DNA of 6,031 nt. Source: Octopus sinensis (lineage: Eukaryota). The stretch lies in the NCBI RefSeq assembly GCF_006345805.1, contig NW_021829553.1:1-6031 (forward strand). Direction: 5' to 3'. Numbering within the stretch: position 1 is the stretch's first letter; each line of letters starts with the position of its first letter. This document shows positions 1 to 5,904 of this stretch, piece by piece. The notes below the pieces were generated by a model that was not told the DNA's origin, searched no databases, and worked only from the letters and a program-made list of their open reading frames with translations. A program made the translations under genes and the position numbers.

Positions 1-10
1 TTTTGATTTT

Positions 11-106
11 TTCTCTCCCCCTCTCTCCCTCCCTCTCTCTCGCTCTCGCGTCTCCCTCTCTCCTCTCCTCTCTCTCTCCTCTCTCCTCTCTCTCTCTCTC
101 TATATC

Positions 107-138
<32 letters not shown>
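11..138. repeat. Compound microsatellite: CT-rich polypyrimidine tract followed by (TA)n
   Basis: ctctctc... runs at 11-100, then tatata... at 101-138, read directly. Confidence 0.95.
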
Positions 139-139
<1 letters not shown>

Positions 140-226
140 AACGGGAAGCTTTATGAAAATAGACAAAAGACGAAGGCAGGTGGAAAACAAACAAACAATT
201 GTATTGTATGGCGCTCAGAAAAATAA

Positions 227-230
<4 letters not shown>
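139..230 (-). mobile_element. 3'-terminal fragment of a putative Penelope-like element (pLTR tail) between two (TA)n arrays
   Basis: Reverse complement reads tttttCTGAGCGcCAtacAATACaattgtttgtttgttTTCCACctgCCTtCG... and runs into (TA)n. It shares ordered blocks with 1893-1937 (CTGAGCGtCA, AATAC, TTCCAC, CCTcCG), which lies just downstream of a hammerhead remnant. The PLE assignment is an inference from that link. Confidence 0.5.

Positions 231-262
<32 letters not shown>
231..262. repeat. (TA)n microsatellite
   Basis: Direct reading. Confidence 0.95.
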
Positions 263-416
263 CATACATGCAAACAAACACACACAGGTACACTAAGAAT
301 GTCCCCTTCACCAAAACCCCTGTTAATGTCTAGCTTCTTTGCTCTCTCACCTCATCCCGTTCAACTCCTGCTCACGACCCCTGCCACACTCTGCCTCCTA
401 TTCTATACCTCCTCAG

Positions 417-515
417 ACAGAGTGGCTGTTGTGATTAAGAAGTTCACTTTTCAGCCATTACGATCTCAGCTTCAGGCTCGCTGCGCGACACTTTGGGCCG
501 AGCAGTGCCTCCAGA
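417..515 (+). CDS. Candidate internal coding exon (99 nt, phase 1-1) of an unidentified gene; peptide xRVAVVIKKFTFQPLRSQLQARCATLWAEQCLQ
   Basis: Pyrimidine-rich acceptor ctctgcctcctattctatacctcctCAG ending at 416 and donor AGA|GTGAGT at 515/516. Length is divisible by 3, only one frame is open (TGA 432-434 and TAA 436-438 close the other two), and there are 5 CpGs in 461-500. No protein family recognised. Confidence 0.4.
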
Positions 516-550
516 GTGAGTTAGTTGACGGAAATTGTGCATCCATATAT

Positions 551-577
551 GGTGGTGGTGGTGGTGGTGGTGGTGGT
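551..577. repeat. (GGT)9 trinucleotide repeat
   Basis: Nine perfect GGT units; source of the poly-G and poly-T in two ORF translations. Confidence 0.95.
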
Positions 578-672
578 GTGAGGGGCGACAATAGATGCGT
601 GAGGGGACAGTTTTTCTGTAACAGTACGGTATAATAAATTTAGTCGAATCCTTTCGTAAATATATACATTTC

Positions 673-678
673 TACACG

Positions 679-715
<37 letters not shown>

Positions 716-722
716 GCGCACG
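673..722. repeat. (CA)n/(CG)n alternating purine-pyrimidine tract
   Basis: tacacgcacacacacacgcgcgcacacac...acgcgcacg. Confidence 0.9.
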
Positions 723-826
723 CTCCTGCTCCGTGCCACCCAACCGTGAAGCACTCATCAAGGACAGATCGAATGATCAAACATACAAAATGAACAAAGC
801 AAAGGGAGAACGTGAGAGACAAAAAA

Positions 827-905
827 TGGGAGAGAGAGAGAGAGAAAGAGCGCGCGGAAGAAGGTAAGAAAGAAAGAAAGAAAGAAAGAAAGCAGGAAAG
901 AAAGA
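827..905. repeat. (GA)n/(GAAA)n polypurine tract
   Basis: gagagagagagagagaaagag...aagaaagaaagaaagaaagaaagaaag. Confidence 0.9.
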
Positions 906-923
906 GCGAATGTCAGTCAAATC

Positions 924-967
924 CGTTGGTTGGCTGGTTTGTCGGTTGGTTCGTTCGTTCGCTGGTT
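924..967. repeat. Degenerate (GGTT/CGTT)n tetranucleotide repeat
   Basis: gttggttggctggtttgtcggttggttcgttcgttcgctggtt. Confidence 0.75.
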
Positions 968-1289
968 ATGTGGCGGAGGCGTGATAGGGTGTGTGTGTGT
1001 GTATGGGAGTGGGGAGGAGTGTCGGCTGTGGATGAAAGAGAGGTAGAAGGGGGGAGGGTGTACGAAGAAATATAAGGGAAAGTGCTGAAAAATGATCGCC
1101 AAGAATCGATAATTCTTGCTGAAGTTAGCAGCTTTTTCGATCAGATATAAGAGAAAAGGCATCGCCAATGTTTGTCAATATTTTACTAGTTGCGACCAAA
1201 GGAACACCAACAACACCGATGTAGATAACTGCGTGTGTCCACATATTTACGTATGCGTGTGCAGCTAGTTCTATCTGTATATAGTTATG

Positions 1290-1295
<6 letters not shown>

Positions 1296-1342
<47 letters not shown>

Positions 1343-1400
1343 GCAAACACACACACACATATGTATGTACGTACGCATGTATATGTGTATATTTCTAAGT
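1296..1400. repeat. (TA)23 followed by a CA/TA/TG-mixed microsatellite
   Basis: Perfect TA at 1296-1341, then cgcaaacacacacacacatatgtatgtacg... Confidence 0.95.
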
Positions 1401-1411
1401 GTATATACCTT

Positions 1412-1620
1412 TGTGCTTGTGTTTGTCCCCACCACCGTTTGTCAACGAGTGTTAGTTTGTTTACGTCCCCTTGATTTAGCGGTTTGGCTAAAGATACCGA
1501 TAGAATAAGTACTAGATTTTAAAACAAGTGGGGGTTGATTCGTTTCACAAAGAACTTTCAAGGCGGTGCTCCAGTATAGCCGCTACCCAATGACAGAAAT
1601 AAGTCAATAAAAAAAAGATA
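1412..1620 (+). mobile_element. SINE family 1, 3' half (tail), copy a
   Basis: Colinear homology with 2333-2552 (cccaccaccg, cgtcccc, ttagcggtt, atagaata, ttcaaggcggtgctccag, aatga), ending in an A-rich tail. Matches my recollection of an abundant octopus SINE 3' region. Confidence 0.8.
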
Positions 1621-1624
1621 CATA

Positions 1625-1777
1625 TGTGAGGTAAGAAGTTTGCTTCCGAACCACACCGTTCCGGGTTCAGTCCTACTTCGTGGCACTTTGGGTAAATGTC
1701 TTCTAGTATAGCCTAGAGCCGGCTGAAGCCACGAGTGGACTTGGTAGACGAAGACTGAAAGAAGCCCGTCGTGTGTG
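1625..1777 (+). mobile_element. SINE family 1, tRNA-derived 5' head plus CORE-like body, copy b
   Basis: 5'-clipped A-box-like tgtgaggtaag and B-box-like GGGTTCAGTCC (1663-1673), followed by ggcactttgggtaaatgtc, which resembles the CORE motif ccttgggcaagt. Homologous to 2685-2822. Octopus tRNA-derived SINEs OK/OR1/OR2 are established; the family name is not assigned here. Confidence 0.8.
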
Positions 1778-1971
1778 ATCTCTTGAGCACCACCAGCCAA
1801 AAATTTTTTTCCTCTGTCTTCCCTTCTCGGGATCTTTCTTCTCCTTTGTTTCCGCAGAGCTCTCGCTCGAAACGTTAAACCCTCCTTCCCTTCTTTCCTG
1901 AGCGTCAATAATACTTTATTTGTTCCACGTCCTCCGCGTGCTGTGTTTTTTCTGTGTTTTCTTGTTTGGAT

Positions 1972-1975
<4 letters not shown>
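1778..1975 (+). mobile_element. Putative Penelope-like element terminal (pLTR) fragment with an eroded hammerhead, ending at (TA)32
   Basis: Hammerhead-shaped segment at 1848-1880, then a ~95-nt pyrimidine-rich tail related to 139-230(-), then the TA array. Confidence 0.6.
1848..1880 (+). ncRNA. Degenerate minimal type I hammerhead ribozyme (CUGANGA box damaged; probably inactive)
   Basis: Helix I GTTT(1848-51)/AAAC(1877-80); helix II GAGC-tctc-GCTC; GAAA 1869-72; palindromic helix III ACGT; only CCGCA where CUGANGA should be. Confidence 0.5.

Positions 1976-2039
<64 letters not shown>
1976..2039. repeat. (TA)32 perfect microsatellite
   Basis: 64 nt of uninterrupted TA. Confidence 0.98.
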
Positions 2040-2042
<3 letters not shown>

Positions 2043-2129
2043 AAAACAAGACAAGGTAGAAAATGTTAAAATATTTTTATCCTGAAGACCATTTTTGTAC
2101 CGGTTTCAGAGTAAAGCATAAAAAACAAA

Positions 2130-2332
2130 TTGTGGAAAGATTAAATGAAGGGTTTTCTTTTAAAAATATGTCCATAGTTTTCAAATGCAAGGGACATTTT
2201 CCTCTTTTCTGTCTGTCTCTGCCTCTCTTTTTTTACTCTTCCCTTGTGTACACAATAAAAGGAAAATGTCCCTTGCATTTGAAAACTATAGAAATATTTT
2301 TTTTTTTAAATGTTCATTTAATTTTTCCCCAA
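2130..2332. repeat. Long inverted repeat (foldback/MITE-like)
   Basis: 2174-2203 atagttttcaaatgcaagggacattttcct is the exact reverse complement of 2260-2289 (30/30). Outer arms ggaaagattaaatgaa (2134-2149) and ttcatttaatttttcc (2313-2328) match 15/16. Confidence 0.9.
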
Positions 2333-2552
2333 GTGTCTTTATGTCTGATGATGTCGCCCACCACCGCTTGACAACCGTTGTTATTGTTTGCGTCCCCGTA
2401 ACTTAGCGGTTCGGCGAAAGTTGCTAATAGAATATAGTGCCAGGCTTAACACAAAATAAGTACAGGGATTGATTCATTCGACAAGAAATGCTTCAAGGCG
2501 GTGCTCCAGCATGGCTGCAGTCTAATGATTGAAACAAGTAAAGGATAAGATA
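2333..2552 (+). mobile_element. SINE family 1, 3' half (tail), copy b
   Basis: Homologous to 1412-1620; cccaccaccgcttgacaaccg...cgtccccgtaacttagcggttcggc...aaggcggtgctccagcatggctgcagtc...gaaacaagtaaa. Confidence 0.85.
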
Positions 2553-2684
2553 CACACACACGCGTGCGCGCACAAGAAAGCAGGACGGAACTTCGAAGTT
2601 ACTGTTTAGGATGCCTTGTATAAATTAGTAAATATGTTCTCTCCATAGAAGTGTTGAATAATCCGCCAGATTAAAGCAAACAGA

Positions 2685-2822
2685 GGCGCAGGAATATCTG
2701 TCTCGGTAACAAGTCCGCTTTGCAAGCATGTGGTTTCTGGTTCAGTCCCATTGCGCAGCAGCTTGAAATATGTCTCTTCTGCTGCAGTCTCAATCTGACC
2801 AGTACTTTGTGAGTTTATTTTG
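2685..2822 (+). mobile_element. SINE family 1, diverged 5' head, copy c
   Basis: ggcgcagg...ggtaacaagt...GGTTCAGTCC (2739-2748, identical to 1664-1673)...tcttct...ttgtgagt; colinear with 1630-1740. Confidence 0.65.
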
Positions 2823-3047
2823 AGCCATTCAACTGTGGTCTATTTTAAATGAAGGTTACTCGACCTTTGCGCAACGAGTCCTGCAATCTATCGCTTCTTA
2901 ATGTGCCAACAGAAAGTAGCCTCTGTGTGTGTTGTGTATATATGTAGGGGCGAAACTGTGAGCTAGCAAGTGGTTGATGAAGAATTAGGGACCTTCTGTG
3001 TTTGTCTCCTGCCTCGTTTTACAATCATTATACGTTGTCATTTGTTT

Positions 3048-3121
3048 ATTTACCATACATTTTTTCATTATATATATACATATATATATGTGTGTGTAGA
3101 GAGAGAGAAAGAGAGAGAGAA
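3048..3121. repeat. Mixed (TA)/(TG)/(GA) microsatellite
   Basis: tatatatacatatatatatgtgtgtgtagagagagagaaagagagagaga. Confidence 0.8.
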
Positions 3122-3388
3122 AAGTAAATGGAGAGATAAGCAAGTTAGACAGATCAATATACAACACGAAATACAAAAAAAATATGTATATATGTTTATA
3201 AACAAAAAGGTCCGACTTCCAGAGAATACAAGTGATGTCGGGAATTAAAAGGGTTGAAGGAAAGTACTACAAATCCAACAGCCCGATATCATTTCTATTC
3301 TGTGGAAGTCGGACCGTTTTTTGTATTTCATGAATTTAATATACTTTATATATTGATCTGTCTAACTTGTTTATCGCTACATTTACTT
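3122..3388. repeat. Long imperfect inverted repeat (foldback element)
   Basis: Three paired blocks: 3122-3161 with 3349-3388 (37/40), 3165-3180 with 3317-3332 (15/16), 3209-3242 with 3282-3315 (30/34); 39-nt central spacer. Confidence 0.92.
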
Positions 3389-3452
3389 ATAAATCTCTTC
3401 AGCACTACAAACTGTATTCTGTTCGGAGAACATTTGGATTTTATTTATGAAC

Positions 3453-3455
<3 letters not shown>

Positions 3456-3504
<49 letters not shown>

Positions 3505-3514
3505 CACACACACA
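3456..3514. repeat. (CA)n microsatellite with one interruption
   Basis: Direct reading. Confidence 0.97.
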
Positions 3515-3766
3515 TATTTAATTATAAAGAATGATCTGCTATTGTGGTATATTATCATAAACTCAACAAATGTTGTGATCTACAATCGAAACCAGTTATC
3601 CTCCATCCTTGTGATAAATTATTCTTGTATTAATCTTATGCATAGGAGAGTTCCACATGTGTATCCAGGCCTGGAATATACCCTTCTATAGTATAACATG
3701 TAGGAGGCAAATAACGGCATAAAAACTCTTAAAAGCATGCTATGAGGTTGTTACCCGAATTCTGAT

Positions 3767-3804
3767 ACACACATACACACACACACACACACACTCTCTC
3801 TCTC

Positions 3805-3867
<63 letters not shown>

Positions 3868-3898
3868 ATATTATATATATATATATACATATATATAT
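3767..3898. repeat. Compound (CA)n(CT)n(TA)n microsatellite
   Basis: Direct reading. Confidence 0.95.
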
Positions 3899-4103
3899 GA
3901 GGCCCTAACACACCACATACATCTGAGCAACAAACATTTTCCAGCCCCACTTTTCCAAATGTCCTGAAGAAGGGGTCTTCACTCCGAAATATAGAAATAC
4001 AAGGTAAACTGCAACTTTTTTTGTTTCCTTTTCAATTTGTAGTTTACTTGGTACCTTCTTTCTTGCATTGGTCCAGCTTTACACAACTACATTCTTTAAA
4101 TAA
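3899..4103 (+). mobile_element. Putative Penelope-like element terminal fragment carrying a hammerhead, embedded between TA arrays
   Basis: About 205 nt of unique sequence flanked on both sides by (TA)n. Contains the hammerhead (3959-3998), a downstream hairpin and a pyrimidine-rich tail. Minimal hammerheads with palindromic helix III are an established feature of PLE pLTRs. Confidence 0.6.
3959..3998 (+). ncRNA. Minimal type I hammerhead ribozyme, core intact
   Basis: Helix I ATGTC(3959-63)/GAAAT(3994-98), 4 of 5 paired; CTGAAGA 3964-70; extra A3971; helix II GGGGT-cttc-ACTCC (5 bp incl. one G-U); GAAA 3986-89; palindromic helix III ATAT; predicted cleavage after AUA at A3993. Confidence 0.75.
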
Positions 4104-4123
4104 ATATAACATACATATATATA

Positions 4124-4165
<42 letters not shown>

Positions 4166-4320
4166 CACATATATAATACATTCATACAGATATGCCCATA
4201 TATTCATACGAACACACACGCACATATAATATGCATATATATATATATATAATATATATATATATATATAATATATTATTATATATAATATATATATATG
4301 TATGTATGTATGTGTGTGCA
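4104..4320. repeat. Imperfect (TA)n-rich array grading into (TATG)/(TG)
   Basis: Direct reading. Confidence 0.9.
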
Positions 4321-4376
4321 CATTCATATATAACTATGGTAGATGATCTTAAGGAAGATATCACTGACAGCTATTA

Positions 4377-4390
4377 AGACAGACAGACAA

Positions 4391-4421
<31 letters not shown>

Positions 4422-4422
4422 T

Positions 4423-4461
<39 letters not shown>

Positions 4462-4505
4462 TAGATAGATAGATAGATTATAGATAACGAACTGACAGAC
4501 AGAGA
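4377..4505. repeat. (AGAT)n tetranucleotide array with AGAC flanks
   Basis: (AGAT)7, ATAT, (AGAT)9, AT, (AGAT)4 at 4393-4478. Confidence 0.97.
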
Positions 4506-4617
4506 GACAAACTGAAACAATTTATGAGTGAGGAGTATCGTGTTTAAAATCCCTGAAAGATAAAATTCGCCAGCCTAATGTGGCTTGTATCATAGGGCAA
4601 ATTAGCACAGGATCAAG

Positions 4618-4668
4618 CTCTCCTCCTCCTCCTCCTCCTTCGTCTCTCTCTCTCTCTCTCTCTCTCTC
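4618..4668. repeat. (TCC)n then (TC)n polypyrimidine tract
   Basis: Direct reading. Confidence 0.95.
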
Positions 4669-4885
4669 ATCTTATCACAGATGCCCTACTTACGACAGCG
4701 TGGTGGTGGTGGTGGTGTGAGGGAGGCGATAATGTCGAGGTTAGGGCCTGCCTAATTTTCATATAAGAGGGGGGAGTGTTCGACTGTGGCTGGGAGGGGG
4801 GTGTTGCAAGGGTGGACTTCAATAAACGTCTCCCATTAAGAATAAATCTACAAACTAATTCACTTAGTATTGACTGTTGGCTTTT

Positions 4886-4924
4886 GTGTGTGTGTGTGTG
4901 TGTTTGTTTATTATATATGTATGC

Positions 4925-4960
<36 letters not shown>

Positions 4961-5173
4961 GTTTATCTCCACCTGGTAGTGTGTATGTGTACGCCTAACT
5001 ACATATGTGTGTATGTGTATACACTTGTTAGTTTGTGCGTGTGCAAGCCTAGTTGCGTGTATGTTCGCGCCTGGCTGCGTGCGTGTCTGTGTGTGTGTGT
5101 GTATGCGTTAGCTTGTGTATGTGTGTGTGCACACTTGGCAGCATGCGTATATATATATGTGTGTATATATATA

Positions 5174-5252
<79 letters not shown>

Positions 5253-5292
5253 GGTAGTGTATATGCACGCCTTTGTGTGTGTGTGTGTTTGA
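4886..5292. repeat. Long TG/TA-rich low-complexity array
   Basis: Several (TG)n and (TA)n blocks with short interspersed motifs; generates all the VCVC/THTH/IYIY ORFs here. Confidence 0.92.
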
Positions 5293-5344
5293 TTTTTAAT
5301 GCATTCCTGTTTCTGTGGTTCTGTATATTACAGTAACATACGCA

Positions 5345-5525
5345 GAGTTTAGTACCTGATTGACCCCTGCAATACGTGGGACCATGCTGGAGCACTCGGC
5401 GGTTGGTTTTACTCAGTTCTATCGACCCCGGGTACTTTGCCTGTTACTTATGACGACCGTCTAGATTTGAAATCAGAATGCAACGATACGTAACTGGATG
5501 TCGTGAAAGTTTTGTCCAACACTCT
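5345..5525 (-). mobile_element. SINE family 2, diverged and internally deleted copy with the shared 3' tail
   Basis: B-box-like rc of agatttgaaatcagaa (5463-5478) matches the other copies; atcgacccc; ccatgctggagcac (5382-5395) is the exact rc of 2501-2514. Confidence 0.55.
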
Positions 5526-5540
5526 TCAGTGATGGTCATT

Positions 5541-5741
5541 TAATAATCTTTTCTCTGCACAATTATGGGGCGAGGAGGGGCTACTCCGCCTCATCGATCC
5601 CAGCACTTGACTGGTTCTCATTTTATTGACCCCGAAAGGATGAAAGGCGAAGTCGACCACGGTAGAATTTGAAATCCGAAAATTTTCACCAGAAGAAATG
5701 TTGCTAAGCATTTCGTCCGGCGTGATGAAAGATTCTGCCAA
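5541..5741 (-). mobile_element. SINE family 2 (tRNA-derived), near-complete copy
   Basis: Minus strand: A-box-like TGGCAGAATC (5740-5731), B-box-like GGATTTCAAATTC (5677-5665), body ggtcgacttcgcctttcatcctttcggggtc; 27/31 identity between 5628-5658 and 5923-5953. Confidence 0.85.
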
Positions 5742-5789
5742 TAATTACTGTTGTTATTTCAAATTTTGGTACAGGATCCGCAATAGTAG

Positions 5790-5904
5790 AGGATAAGCAG
5801 TTTTAGGAAGAAGGGAAAAGTCGATTACATCGACACCCAACACTTAATCCCGAAAGCATTGAGCCGTAAGAAATGCTGCTAAGCGTTTCGTTCGGCATGC
5901 TAAC
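5790..5904 (-). mobile_element. SINE family 2, internally deleted copy (head fused to 3' body, no B box)
   Basis: 5866-5899 repeats the head at 5986-6020 and 5692-5724; followed on the minus strand by ctttcggg and gggtgtcgatgtaatcgac. Confidence 0.65.

Noticed and set aside
299-634. 111-aa ORF as a complete gene
   Set aside because: The N-terminal part reads through a pyrimidine tract and the C-terminal part through (GGT)9. Only 417-515 has splice support.
1625-1690. tRNA gene
   Set aside because: No cloverleaf or acceptor stem; continues into a SINE body. The same applies to the minus-strand heads near 5741 and 6031.
1558-1908. 116-aa minus-strand ORF
   Set aside because: Antisense read-through spanning a SINE and a PLE-like fragment; no RT or GIY-YIG motif.
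2082-2109. Plus-strand CTGAAGA as a hammerhead core
   Set aside because: No helix II-GAAA arrangement; only a short ctgaagacc/ggtttcag inverted repeat.
2345-2375. CTGATGA followed by TGTC...GACA as a hammerhead
   Set aside because: No GAAA after the stem; the segment is the diverged start of the SINE tail.
4391-4486. (GATA)n as a Bkm-like sex-linked or enhancer-blocking element
   Set aside because: An ordinary tetranucleotide array; function cannot be inferred from sequence.
4681-4739. Second candidate exon (cacAG|atgccc...gag|GTTAGG)
   Set aside because: The acceptor tract is a (TC)n microsatellite, the donor is weak, the length is 59 nt and the content is low-complexity (GGT)5.
4768-4815. 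G-quadruplex-forming G-runs (also 987-1059)
   Set aside because: Long irregular loops and no independent support; common in such DNA.
521-5395. ORFs rich in VC, TH, IY, ER or G/T runs
   Set aside because: Translations of dinucleotide and trinucleotide microsatellites, which lack stops by construction; no domain-like content.
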